From assembly GCA_947446025.1 (NCBI GenBank), contig CANFEY010000008.1:5946-69945 (forward strand): a stretch of DNA of 64,000 nucleotides. Reading direction: 5' to 3'. Made by a program: the position numbers and the translations under genes. The notes under the pieces were generated by a model, which was not told where the DNA came from, did not search any database, and was given only the letters and a program-made list of their open reading frames with translations. Below, piece after piece: positions 54,425 through 63,709 of the stretch. The stretch's first letter is position 1. Each line of letters opens with the position of its first letter. Origin of the DNA: Bryobacterales bacterium. Lineage in GTDB: Bacteria; Acidobacteriota; Terriglobia; Bryobacterales; Bryobacteraceae.

Positions 54425-57058
54425 TTACTTCCGCAAAGCGGCCGTCCAGTTTTGGAGCAGCGTCAGGGGGCGGGCGGTGGCTGCGCCCTCATCGGCGACG
54501 AGGAACCGCTGGCCGTCGGCGGTGACGTCGTATTCATATTGAAAAGTGGTCCCGGCTTCTACGATGGGTGCGTCGAATAGCGCAATGGGAGCGCCCGCTT
54601 CCAAGGATGACTTGGTTCCCACGCCAGGTTTCACCGGAACCGTCATCATCTTGCCGTCTGCGCCTATGAAGAACAGTTCTTTGCCGTCGCCCCGCCAGCG
54701 CGGCGAGTCCCCTCCCGCAATCGAGATTGTGTACTCGCCCTCACCGGACGGAAACGGCCGCACGTACTTTTCACGGCGGCCTGAGCGGTTGGAGGTGAAT
54801 GCCATCCAATGGCTGTCCGGCGAGAGTTGGCCCAGGAATTCGTTGAACTCAGATTGCAGGAACGGGACCGGTTTGCGGTCCGCCGCAGCACCCTCCATGG
54901 GGAGTACCCAGAGATCGCGCAGGGTCTTCGGATCGATGCGATAGAAAACGAGGAAGCGCCTGTCCCGCGACCATTGATCCGGAATGTCGTTCAGGCTGCT
55001 TTGCAGCAAGAGCTCGTCTTGTCCGCTGCCGCTGGCTGCCTTGGAATAGAGATGGTAGGTCCCGCCCTTGCGATTCGAGCCAAAAACGATGCGGTCGCCC
55101 TTGGGGGACCAAACGGGTTGAATGTTTGATGGATCGCTGGTGAAGCGCGTCTCCGTTCCCCGGCTCAGATCCCGCACCCATAGATCCATGCCCGTACCCG
55201 TTACGCGCGAGAACACCACCTGTTTCTCATCGGGAGAGATCGCGGGATAGCGGGCCGCACCGGGCGCGCCCACGGGCCCTAACTGTTTTCCGGTCCGGTC
55301 AACCCAAGCGAACTGATTTTGAGCAGCGCCGCCAGTTTCGTACAACAAGACGCCGTTCTCCGAAACCGTAACCGGTGCATACGTGTTATTGGTGGTCAAT
55401 CGAACACCATCTGCCAAGGGGAAGACGTCGCCAGAGAGCTGCGCGCTGGAAGCATCGAAGGGCACGGCCATGAGGGTGTTTTGGCGGACGAACAGAAGAT
55501 GGCCCGGCTGGCCGCTTCGTTCCGAAGGAGCAAACTGCGCACTGGACACATCCGGCAAAATGCGGCGATTCTCTTTGCCGTCGCCCTTTTGATCCAGGGA
55601 AGCGGCGTAGATGCCAAACTGCTCGGCACTGCCGAGATTGATTGTGTAGAGGAAGTGGCGGCCATCTGGCAGAAACACAGGATGCGTTAGTATCCCCTGA
55701 CCCTTGACCACATCAGCGGGGACTCCACCTGCGGCGGGGACCCGTTGGAGCGAAGTGGCCGTGGCGTTTGGGGAGAATACGATCACATCGTCGCGGTTCC
55801 ACGATCCTCCGCGGCCGTCCGAGGCATCGCAGAGTGCCAGGGATGGCCCGCCGCTCGCGGCCACCTTCTTCAGTTTGCCTTGCGCGAAGAAGCCGATAAA
55901 GCGGCTGTCGGGCGACCAGAAGGGATACGTGGCTTCCTCGGTGAACGCCATGGGCTGGAATTGCAGCGCGTCCATGGGCCGCAGGTAGAGCTGGCGCTTG
56001 CCGCTCACCGTGGCAGCCATAACCAGAGTGCGGCCATCGGGAGAGAGCGCGAAGCTATGGAGGCTGCTGTTCTCCGGCACAGTGATGCTGGTGCGCGTCG
56101 TCTGCTGTACTGGTGCCGTTTCGCGGAAGTGCACGAAGCCGAGAGCGCCCGCTGCCAGGGCGAATACCGCTGCCGCACCACCCAGCGCCCACGGACGCTT
56201 CGGTAGGGCAGGCGCTTCCGCCTGCCTCGGGACCTCCTCACTCTGCGGTCGCGCCAGCGCAATCCGAGCCTCGCCGATGGCTTGGAGGCGCTCCTTGCGA
56301 TCCTTCGCCAGCATGCGCTCGAGCAGCTTCCGCAGATGGGATGGCGTCTCGGCGGGCAGCGCCGACCAGTCGGGAGTATCCTTCACCACCGCCGCCAGCG
56401 TGTCCCCAACCGACTCCCCGCGGAACGGCCGTTTGCCGGTGAGCATTTCGTAGAGCACCACACCGAACGAGAAAATATCCGACCGCCGGTCCGCTGGCTT
56501 GCCCACGGCCTGCTCCGGCGACATGTAAGCCGCCGTGCCCATGATCACGCCGGCCTGGGTCGCGCCCATGGTGAGCGTGGGCGAATTCTCCGGATCGAAT
56601 GACGCAGCCGAGCGCTGGTCGAGCGCTTTCGCCAAGCCGAAATCCAGCACCTTCACAACGCCGTCGGGCGTGACCTTGATGTTGGCCGGCTTCAGATCGC
56701 GATGGATCACGCCGTTGTCATGCGCGTATTCCATCGCATCGATCACTTGCTTGGCAATCGCGATGGCCTCGTCCGGCGGCAGTGGGCCTTGCTTGATGCG
56801 GTCATCGAGCGTGGGCCCTTCGATCAGCGCCAGCACCAGTGCCCAATTGCGCTCGGACTGCACCATTCCGTAAATGTGCCCGATGTTGGGATGGTCCAGA
56901 GAGGCGAGCAGTTCGGCTTCGCGTTGGAAGCGCGCGAGGCGGTCCGGGTCGGAAGAAAACACCGCAGGCAGCACTTTCAACGCCACGTCGCGCTTCAGTT
57001 GCGTGTCGCGCGCGCGGTACACCTCGCCCATCCCTCCGCGCCCCAGCAATGAGAGCAC
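54425..57058 (-). CDS. serine/threonine protein kinase with TM segment and TolB-like beta-propeller (PD40 repeats)
   Basis: LGRGGMGEVY, VALKVL, HRDLKPANI, DFGLAK and SPEQ kinase subdomains. A hydrophobic helix follows, then about 500 aa of PD40/WD40-like repeats. Start GTG 57058; see the finding on the in-frame ATG-TAA upstream. Confidence 0.85.
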   Translation of the reverse strand: MLSLLGRGGMGEVYRARDTQLKRDVALKVLPAVFSSDPDRLARFQREAELLASLDHPNIGHIYGMVQSERNWALVLALIEGPTLDDRIKQGPLPPDEAIAIAKQVIDAMEYAHDNGVIHRDLKPANIKVTPDGVVKVLDFGLAKALDQRSAASFDPENSPTLTMGATQAGVIMGTAAYMSPEQAVGKPADRRSDIFSFGVVLYEMLTGKRPFRGESVGDTLAAVVKDTPDWSALPAETPSHLRKLLERMLAKDRKERLQAIGEARIALARPQSEEVPRQAEAPALPKRPWALGGAAAVFALAAGALGFVHFRETAPVQQTTRTSITVPENSSLHSFALSPDGRTLVMAATVSGKRQLYLRPMDALQFQPMAFTEEATYPFWSPDSRFIGFFAQGKLKKVAASGGPSLALCDASDGRGGSWNRDDVIVFSPNATATSLQRVPAAGGVPADVVKGQGILTHPVFLPDGRHFLYTINLGSAEQFGIYAASLDQKGDGKENRRILPDVSSAQFAPSERSGQPGHLLFVRQNTLMAVPFDASSAQLSGDVFPLADGVRLTTNNTYAPVTVSENGVLLYETGGAAQNQFAWVDRTGKQLGPVGAPGAARYPAISPDEKQVVFSRVTGTGMDLWVRDLSRGTETRFTSDPSNIQPVWSPKGDRIVFGSNRKGGTYHLYSKAASGSGQDELLLQSSLNDIPDQWSRDRRFLVFYRIDPKTLRDLWVLPMEGAAADRKPVPFLQSEFNEFLGQLSPDSHWMAFTSNRSGRREKYVRPFPSGEGEYTISIAGGDSPRWRGDGKELFFIGADGKMMTVPVKPGVGTKSSLEAGAPIALFDAPIVEAGTTFQYEYDVTADGQRFLVADEGAATARPLTLLQNWTAALRK

Positions 57059-57157
57059 GTCGAAGTTGCCAAGTTTATCGCCGGGAGAAAGGGGAATGGA
57101 GTGATTTAGCTTAGTTTACATGATCGGAAAGCGGGTTGGGGCTGTGTTCCGGCACGC

Positions 57158-57499
57158 CTATAAGCCGAGCATGGCCCGCAGTCTCGAATCGACCTCCGTG
57201 CTTGTCTCAGGGGAGATGATGCCGAGGAATCGAACCAGGCTGGAGCAGTGGAGCGTGGCCAATTTGTGCAATCGCAGGGCCGAAATAACCTTCAAGTTGG
57301 TGGAGGAATGTTCGGGAGTAGTTGGATTGAGCAGGATGTCCGAATCCAATGGCAGAGCCGGCACCACGGAGGATATGTAGGCGACGAGGACTTCCGGAAC
57401 TGCCCCGGTTGGGCCGGTGAGCAACAGAACGGGGCGGAGTTTCATGCCTGGAACGTCGCCGAATGGGAAGCGGGCTAGGTAGACGTCACCGGGGCGCAT
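57158..57499 (-). CDS. mazF: MazF/PemK-family toxin
   Basis: MRPGDVYLARFPFGD..G.KLRPVLLL N-terminal MazF/PemK signature. It overlaps the upstream small ORF by 14 nt. Confidence 0.75.
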   Translation of the reverse strand: MRPGDVYLARFPFGDVPGMKLRPVLLLTGPTGAVPEVLVAYISSVVPALPLDSDILLNPTTPEHSSTNLKVISALRLHKLATLHCSSLVRFLGIISPETSTEVDSRLRAMLGL

Positions 57500-57719
57500 T
57501 CGCGGGGAGTCCGTCGTTCAGCGTATAGAGATCTTCGCGCGGGTCGGCAAGTTCAGCAGACCATTCCTTGGCGATCCCTTGGGTCCAAGCGATGCCCGCA
57601 TGATCCTCCTCAGGCAACAAGACGAATAGCCGCACCGGACCGGCAGGGAGATCCGAGGGGACCTGAGCCTGAAGCCGATGACGGTCGTCGATGTCACCCA
57701 CAAGTTCAAGGGCCTTCAT
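57486..57719 (-). CDS. putative antitoxin partner of MazF
   Basis: 77-aa acidic ORF immediately upstream of, and overlapping, mazF. No fold motif recognised. Confidence 0.5.
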   Translation of the reverse strand: MKALELVGDIDDRHRLQAQVPSDLPAGPVRLFVLLPEEDHAGIAWTQGIAKEWSAELADPREDLYTLNDGLPANAPR

Positions 57720-57735
57720 ATCAGCATCATAACAG

Positions 57736-58491
57736 CTATCTAGCTCGCTTGACGCGGTAGTCTTCGACGGCAGGCATGCGGACGACGCGGCACATTTCGA
57801 AGAGGCGGGAGCGGGCTCGGGCGCCGATGACGTCGCCTAGGGTTTTACGGTGGACTTGGGTGCCGCCGGCGGTGGTGTAGGCTACGGGGCCGTTGTCTTC
57901 GATTTCCAGGTTCGTTGTGGCGATGAGGGTTTTTTGGTTGTTGCAGCGGTAGGTGATGATGGACGTTACGGTGTCTTCCACCCACTCGGTGACGCGGTGG
58001 GAGCCTAGGTCGTCCAGCAGGAGGACTTCACAGTCCATGGCGGAGCGGTAGGCTTCTCGATCGGAGGAGCCGGAGGCGGCGTCGTAGCTGGAGCGGATGC
58101 GGTCCAGTAGATTTTGAAAATCGAAGAAGAGGCCTTCGTGGCCTTTTTCCATTACGGCTTTGAGTGCGGCGACCGCTAGGTGCGTTTTGCCGCTGCCGGT
58201 GTCGCCGACTAGCAAGAGGCCGGGGCGGTCGGGGGCGGGGAATTCGCGGACGAAGCTGCGGACCTGCATCAGGACCTTGCCCAGGCCGGCCCTGGCGATG
58301 GGATTTTCCGTGGGCATCTGGAAGTTCTCCAGAGATGCGTTTTCGTAGTTGGGGGGGATGTTGGCGGCTCGGCGGACGGAGGCGGGGCGGGCTAGGGCGG
58401 CGCAGGTGCAGCGTTTCGCGCCGCTGAGGCCGTTGCGTTCAACGACTGTCCAGCCGGTTCCGTCGCAGATGGGGCAGACTGATTCGGGCAT
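57736..58491 (-). CDS. DnaC/IstB-like AAA+ ATPase with N-terminal zinc-ribbon
   Basis: CPICDGTGW...CTC zinc ribbon, Walker A GDTGSGKTHLA, and Walker B VLLLDDLG. Confidence 0.75.
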   Translation of the reverse strand: MPESVCPICDGTGWTVVERNGLSGAKRCTCAALARPASVRRAANIPPNYENASLENFQMPTENPIARAGLGKVLMQVRSFVREFPAPDRPGLLLVGDTGSGKTHLAVAALKAVMEKGHEGLFFDFQNLLDRIRSSYDAASGSSDREAYRSAMDCEVLLLDDLGSHRVTEWVEDTVTSIITYRCNNQKTLIATTNLEIEDNGPVAYTTAGGTQVHRKTLGDVIGARARSRLFEMCRVVRMPAVEDYRVKRAR

Positions 58492-58980
58492 TTATTCAAT
58501 CACTAACAGGACTTCCCCGGCGGCTACTGTGGCTTCGGGTTTGGTGCGCACCTCGGCGACCTTGCCGGATTTGGGGGACTTCAATTCATTCTGCATCTTC
58601 ATGGCTTCGACTACAACTATGCCCTGGCCTTCTTCTACAGTGTCGCCTAGTTTGGCGAGCAGGCGGACTACTTTTCCGGGCATGGGGGATTGGATTTCCT
58701 GGCGGCCGTCTTTGCTCGCGGCGCGGGTGGCGGTGCGGAGGTTGCGGGGGTCGAAGACTTCTATTTGGAAATGCTTGCCGTTTACCGCTACCTGGCCCTG
58801 CGGGCCTACGGTTACGCGGTAGGAGTTGGGGCCGATGCGGACCCAGTGGGTGCCGGGTTCCAACTCGTGGATTTCGAAGTCGGCTAGGACGGAGCGGTGG
58901 CCGTCGCGGTCGTAGCGGAGGCGTTGGGCTTCGGTGTGGATTTGAGCGGGGTGGCCGTTGACTTGGACTTCGCGTTTCAT
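58492..58980 (-). CDS. biotin carboxyl carrier / biotinyl-domain protein
   Basis: VEAMKMQNELKSPKSGKV biotinylation motif at the C-terminus. The ATG overlaps the accC stop. Confidence 0.8.
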   Translation of the reverse strand: MKREVQVNGHPAQIHTEAQRLRYDRDGHRSVLADFEIHELEPGTHWVRIGPNSYRVTVGPQGQVAVNGKHFQIEVFDPRNLRTATRAASKDGRQEIQSPMPGKVVRLLAKLGDTVEEGQGIVVVEAMKMQNELKSPKSGKVAEVRTKPEATVAAGEVLLVIE

Positions 58981-60524
58981 CGGAGGGATGCCTCGCGGTG
59001 GGAGGTGCGCCAGTTCGTCTGTCCGCTCCCTGACGGTCGCGGTTCAGTGCTGGGGGGTACGGAGACGGGCGGCAGAGTGGCGGATGTTACGGAGGCGCGA
59101 CCGTGAGGGAGCGGACAGACGCTCAACACTAACGCGGCGGCGGCTTCGGCTTCCAGGTTATCGGGGGCTGGGATTCTTCGCCTCGAGAATTCATCTAGGA
59201 AGGCTGTGGTTAGGCGGGCGGCTTGGAATTCTTTGTCGGCTAGGATCTCGCGGAAGAAGGACAGGTTGGTGCGGACGCCGGTTAGCGTGTATTCGGACAG
59301 CGCGCGGTCTAGGCGCTGGGTGGCTGCTTCGCGGGTGCTGGCCCAGGCGCAGAGTTTCGCTAGCAACGGGTCGTACTCCATGGGGACGGTCCAGCCTTCG
59401 TAGACGCCACTGTCTATGCGGATGCCGGGGCCTGAGGGCTCACGCAGGTGTTCGATCTTGCCGGGAGAGGGCAAGTAGTTCTGATCCGGGTCTTCGGCGT
59501 AGACGCGGCATTCGATGGCTGAGCCGGTCCACGTCACGTCCTGCTGGCGGATGGTCAGCTTCTCGCCCGAGGCGATGCGGAGTTGCCACTCCACCAAGTC
59601 GATGCCGGTGACTAGTTCGGTGACGGGATGCTCGACTTGCAAACGCGTGTTCATCTCTAAGAAGTAGAAGTTGCCGTCGCGGTCGACTAGGAATTCGATG
59701 GTGCCGGCGTTGGTGTAGCCTGCGGCCTTGGCTACTTTCACAGCGGCCTCGCCCATCTTGCGGCGGAGGTCGGGCCAGCGCTGCATGACGGGGGCGGGGC
59801 ATTCTTCCATCACCTTTTGATGACGGCGCTGGATGGAGCATTCGCGCTCACCCAGGTGGATCATGTTGCCGTGCTGGTCGCCCAGGACCTGGATTTCGAT
59901 GTGGCGCGGTTCGACCACGAGTTTTTCGACGTACATCTCACCGTTCTTGAAGGCGCGAAGAGCTTCACTCGATGCATCACGGAGGGCGGCTTCGAGGTCC
60001 TCTTCGCGGTCCACGCGGCGCATGCCTTTTCCGCCTCCACCGGCCGATGCTTTGAGCAGCACGGGGTAACCGAGCTTTTTCGCCGCGGCGCGCGCTTGGG
60101 CGATGTTTTCGAGCGCGGCCTCGGTGCCGGGGACCACGGGGGCTCCGGCTTTGATGGCGATGCGGCGGGCTCCGGTCTTGGAACCCATTTGGCGGATCGC
60201 TTGGGGGGGCGGGCCGATGAACACGATGCCGGCGGACTGGCAAGCTTGCGCGAAGTCGGCGTTTTCGCTGAGGAAGCCATAGCCGGGATGGATGGCTTCG
60301 GCTCCGTGCTTGCGGGCGGCGGCGAGGATGGCTTCGGTGTTCAGGTAACTCTCAGCGGACGCGGCGGGGCCGATGTAGGCGGCTTCGTCGGCCAGGGAAA
60401 CGGCGAGGGACGCGCGGTCGGCATCGGAGTAAACGGCGATGCTGCGGATGCCACGCTCGCGAAGGCCGCGCACCAGCCGTACAGCGATTTCGCCGCGATT
60501 GGCGATCAGGACCTTGCGGAACAC
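58977..60524 (-). CDS. accC: biotin carboxylase (acetyl/acyl-CoA carboxylase) with REP-encoded C-terminal extension
   Basis: MFRKVLIANRGEIAVR..., the ATP-grasp blocks and EMNTRLQVEHPVTE. It is 515 aa versus the usual ~450; the last ~45 codons lie over the hairpin repeat at 59016-59121. Confidence 0.9.
   Translation of the reverse strand: MFRKVLIANRGEIAVRLVRGLRERGIRSIAVYSDADRASLAVSLADEAAYIGPAASAESYLNTEAILAAARKHGAEAIHPGYGFLSENADFAQACQSAGIVFIGPPPQAIRQMGSKTGARRIAIKAGAPVVPGTEAALENIAQARAAAKKLGYPVLLKASAGGGGKGMRRVDREEDLEAALRDASSEALRAFKNGEMYVEKLVVEPRHIEIQVLGDQHGNMIHLGERECSIQRRHQKVMEECPAPVMQRWPDLRRKMGEAAVKVAKAAGYTNAGTIEFLVDRDGNFYFLEMNTRLQVEHPVTELVTGIDLVEWQLRIASGEKLTIRQQDVTWTGSAIECRVYAEDPDQNYLPSPGKIEHLREPSGPGIRIDSGVYEGWTVPMEYDPLLAKLCAWASTREAATQRLDRALSEYTLTGVRTNLSFFREILADKEFQAARLTTAFLDEFSRRRIPAPDNLEAEAAAALVLSVCPLPHGRASVTSATLPPVSVPPSTEPRPSGSGQTNWRTSHREASLR
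59016..59121. repeat. REP-like hairpin element (26-bp inverted arms, ~54-bp loop)
   Basis: CGTCTGTCCGCTCCCTGACGGTCGCG ... CGCGACCGTGAGGGAGCGGACAGACG. There is one mismatch between the arms. The left arm and loop start recur at 40641-40679. Confidence 0.8.
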
Positions 60525-60539
60525 ATTCCGATTCTAGCT

Positions 60540-60566
60540 GCTAAATGGTGTCTGACACCATTTAGC
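60540..60566. repeat. palindromic element GCTAAATGGTGTCTGACACCATTTAGC (copy 2 of 3)
   Basis: Perfect 27-bp palindrome in the divergent region between accC (start 60524) and the 60602 operon. Confidence 0.9.
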
Positions 60567-60601
60567 TCTTGGACCCCCTGGCTGTGATATAGTGACCCTC
60601 C

Positions 60602-61654
60602 ATGAAACAACCTGCGCTTGGCCTTGTCGCCACTGCCCTGATAATGGCGGTGTCCTTGGGATTCATTTCGCTGTTTGACTTCCCGGCTTTCTCTGGCTGG
60701 GTCAGCTACGTGCTGATCTGTCTGATCCCGATGGAGATCGTGGTGGGGGTGAGTTGGGGGGCGAACCCGGAGTTCGCGTCCAAGATGACGCAGCCGATGA
60801 AGGGAATCGTGCTGATGCTGGTGTGCGTGGCCGCGGCGGCGGTCATCGGGCCCATCTACTGGCAGGTGGCGGGCGCGGGGTTGCCGGACGTATCGCCCAT
60901 GCTGGCCATGTGTTCCATTGTGAGCGTGGTGGTGATGTTCTGGTTCGCGATCATGTTCGGCGGATGGCCATTCAACTTGATCTCAAAGAATCCGATCATC
61001 AGCGGCCTGCTGATGTGGGTGGGCGTGTACGTGGTCAACTACATCCTGTTCCAGATCTTCTTCGACTACAGCTTCATGGCGGGCGCGCCGGTGTATGTGG
61101 CGTCGCTTGATCCGGGCGGGCTGTTCAATGCCAACCGGGCGATTGTGTTCTACCTCTCTGCCATCGCGATTCTCTTCCTGCTGCTGCATTTTGACTTGTG
61201 GCCGCTGACCACCTCGCCGTCGCTGATGAAGCAGCCGGTGCTGGGGATCGTGTGGACGCTGTTGGCATTCGTGCTGGGCGGCGGGATGTTCTACGTGGGC
61301 GTGATCGTGATGGAGATGAATCCGCTGACGTTCATGGTCACGGTGCCGGTGCCGTTCATCTTTGGGACGATCGTGGTGCTGAACATGTTGCACAATTCGC
61401 TGTTCGCGAGCTTGCAGCAGCCTGTTAAGGGAGTAGCGAACGCGGCGGCGGCGGCGGTGATTGGAACCGTGTTGGCACAAATGTACACAGCGTTGGCCCC
61501 GACCGTGACTGGTCCGCTGCAGGCTGGGCCTCCGGGGGACGATTTTGAGCGCTGGTTGGCGTCGGCGCTGCTGGGGGTTACGTTTCCGTTCCTGATCTTC
61601 TATGTTGAGTTCTTTAAGATGTGGCCGCTGATGAATTCGGATAAGAAAGGCTGA
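60602..61654 (+). CDS. polytopic membrane protein, unknown family
   Basis: 350 aa, roughly 9-10 hydrophobic helices. It is the first gene of a tightly spaced 4-gene operon. Confidence 0.7.
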   Translation: MKQPALGLVATALIMAVSLGFISLFDFPAFSGWVSYVLICLIPMEIVVGVSWGANPEFASKMTQPMKGIVLMLVCVAAAAVIGPIYWQVAGAGLPDVSPMLAMCSIVSVVVMFWFAIMFGGWPFNLISKNPIISGLLMWVGVYVVNYILFQIFFDYSFMAGAPVYVASLDPGGLFNANRAIVFYLSAIAILFLLLHFDLWPLTTSPSLMKQPVLGIVWTLLAFVLGGGMFYVGVIVMEMNPLTFMVTVPVPFIFGTIVVLNMLHNSLFASLQQPVKGVANAAAAAVIGTVLAQMYTALAPTVTGPLQAGPPGDDFERWLASALLGVTFPFLIFYVEFFKMWPLMNSDKKG

Positions 61655-61656
61655 CC

Positions 61657-62043
61657 ATGAAACTGCTGTTGCTTTGTTGCCTGACGGCCGGGCTGGTCTC
61701 GGCGCATCATTCATTCGCCGCAGAATATGACGGCGACAAGTTCGTGACCATGAAGGGCACGGTGGTCAAGATCGACTGGCAGAATCCGCACATGTTTTTC
61801 TACATGGATGTGGCGGTGGCCGGTGGCTCGGTGGAGCATTGGAAGTTTGAGGGCTTTCCTCCGAACATGCTGGTGCGGCAGGGTTGGAAGAAGGACGAAA
61901 CGATGAAGCCCGGGGATCGGATCACGGTGAGTGGATGGCTGGCCCGCAGTGGAGAGAAGCTGGCGCACTCGCGGGAGATTATTTGGGAAAGTGATGGGCA
62001 CAAGCTGCTGTCGGGTCCGCCGGCTGGGACGGGGGGCAACTGA
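61657..62043 (+). CDS. small secreted protein, DUF6152-like (mature N-terminus HHSFAAEYD)
   Basis: Signal peptide MKLLLLCCLTAGLVSA, then HHSFAAEYD...W.NPH. The family name is from memory. Confidence 0.7.
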   Translation: MKLLLLCCLTAGLVSAHHSFAAEYDGDKFVTMKGTVVKIDWQNPHMFFYMDVAVAGGSVEHWKFEGFPPNMLVRQGWKKDETMKPGDRITVSGWLARSGEKLAHSREIIWESDGHKLLSGPPAGTGGN

Positions 62044-62792
62044 TGCGCCGCGGAATGTTGGCGCTGCTGGTTTGCGCCGGAGCGTTTGCGCAAAAGCCTC
62101 CGGTACCACGCATGGCGGATGGTAAGCCCGATTTTTCGGGTGTGTGGCAGGGCGGCAACCTATCGTTCGCGGTGGGTGTGGAGAATGCGGCTGCGTTGGG
62201 GCCGGCGGGCGTCCCGGCTGCACCGGCCAAACCTGAGCCGATGCCCTACACCGAGGCCGCTGCAAAGATCCGACAGGGATTCCTGGACAGGCGCGGCATC
62301 GACGATCCGATGGCGCGCTGTCTGATGGTGGGGATTCCACGCATCACCGGCATGCCCATGCCCTTCCAGATCACGCAGACCAAGGATCAGGTGCTGTTCC
62401 TGTATGAGGCGTTTCACGCGTTCCGCATCGTGCCCCTGAACAAGCCGCATCCCTCTGACGTGGACTCGAGCTTCATGGGCGATTCGACGGCCACCTGGGA
62501 CGGGGACACGCTGGTGGTGGACGTCGTCGGGTTCAACGACAAGACATGGCTGGGCGGCGTGGGCACCATTCACAGCGAAAAGCTGCACGTGGTGGAACGC
62601 TTCACCCGCACGGACTTCGATACGATTCTATATGAGGTGCGGCTGGAAGATCCAGTGGTGTTCACCAAGCCGTACAACCAGCGGGCCACCATCCGGCTGC
62701 GCGCCGGCGACCGCGTGCGCGAATACGAGTGCGGCGAAAACAACGAAGACATTGTGCGATTTGAAGAGATGTTGAAAGGACAGAAGAAGTAG
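62043..62792 (+). CDS. secreted hypothetical protein, paralog family A
   Basis: Signal peptide. DGKPDFSGVWQ, WDGDTLVVDVVGFNDKTWL and YECGENNED blocks are shared with 21614-22396. The start overlaps the upstream stop (TGATG). Confidence 0.7.
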   Translation: MRRGMLALLVCAGAFAQKPPVPRMADGKPDFSGVWQGGNLSFAVGVENAAALGPAGVPAAPAKPEPMPYTEAAAKIRQGFLDRRGIDDPMARCLMVGIPRITGMPMPFQITQTKDQVLFLYEAFHAFRIVPLNKPHPSDVDSSFMGDSTATWDGDTLVVDVVGFNDKTWLGGVGTIHSEKLHVVERFTRTDFDTILYEVRLEDPVVFTKPYNQRATIRLRAGDRVREYECGENNEDIVRFEEMLKGQKK

Positions 62793-62797
62793 AGACT

Positions 62798-63709
62798 ATG
62801 CGAGCCATTGACCACAACACGATAACCGACGCCGCGCTGGAGCAGATGTCCGCCACGCCCAACCCGCGTTTGAAACAGATTATGGAAGGGCTGGTAAAAC
62901 ACCTGCACGAATTCGCGCGCGAGGTGGATCTGACGCCGGAGGAATGGATTCAGGGAATCGGCTTTCTGACGGCCGTGGGCCAGAAATGCACGCCGTTCCG
63001 GCAGGAGTTCATTTTGCTGAGCGACACGCTGGGGTTCAGCGCGCTGATCAACGCGTTGCACGATAAGCGAGGCGTGGAGGCTTCGACCAAGTCGAGCCTG
63101 CTGGGTCCGTTCTACCGCGAAGGTTCGCCGGAGATGAACCTGGGCGACTGTATTGTGGCCAGTCCGCGGCAGCAGGTGGTGATCTATGGACAGGTGACGG
63201 ATGCGGCAGGCAAGGGGATTCCCAACGCGTCGGTGGAGATTTGGCAGACCGACGAAGACGGCAGCTACGATTTGCAGAAGCAGGACGGCGTGGAGATCCC
63301 CTCGATGGATATGCGCGGTCACTTCCATGCCGATGCCGAGGGCAAGTATTACCTGCGCACGGTGATCCCGTTGGGGTATATGATTCCGATGGATGGTCCG
63401 GTTGGCGATATGATCCTGGCGCAGAAGCGGCACGGCTACCGTCCGTCGCACATTCACTTCATGATCGGCGCGCCGGGGTATCGCGAACTGGCGACGGCGC
63501 TGTACACGGCGGGCGACGATCACTTGGAATCGGACACGGTGTTCGGGGTGACGGATTCGTTGGTGATCCAGGTGAACAAGGACGATGCAAACGCGCCAAT
63601 AAAAGGGCTGCCTTCAATCCGCTACGATTTTCAGTTGGCACTGGCGGCGAAGCTGGGGTCGGGACGCGTGGGAGCGGACCCGTCGCAGATTACAAAAGTC
63701 GGGGCCTAA
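62798..63709 (+). CDS. intradiol ring-cleavage dioxygenase, hydroxyquinol 1,2-dioxygenase-like
   Basis: N-terminal helical dioxygenase domain, then LLGPFYREG, IWQTDEDGSYD and YRPSHIHF iron-ligand blocks. Confidence 0.85.
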   Translation: MRAIDHNTITDAALEQMSATPNPRLKQIMEGLVKHLHEFAREVDLTPEEWIQGIGFLTAVGQKCTPFRQEFILLSDTLGFSALINALHDKRGVEASTKSSLLGPFYREGSPEMNLGDCIVASPRQQVVIYGQVTDAAGKGIPNASVEIWQTDEDGSYDLQKQDGVEIPSMDMRGHFHADAEGKYYLRTVIPLGYMIPMDGPVGDMILAQKRHGYRPSHIHFMIGAPGYRELATALYTAGDDHLESDTVFGVTDSLVIQVNKDDANAPIKGLPSIRYDFQLALAAKLGSGRVGADPSQITKVGA

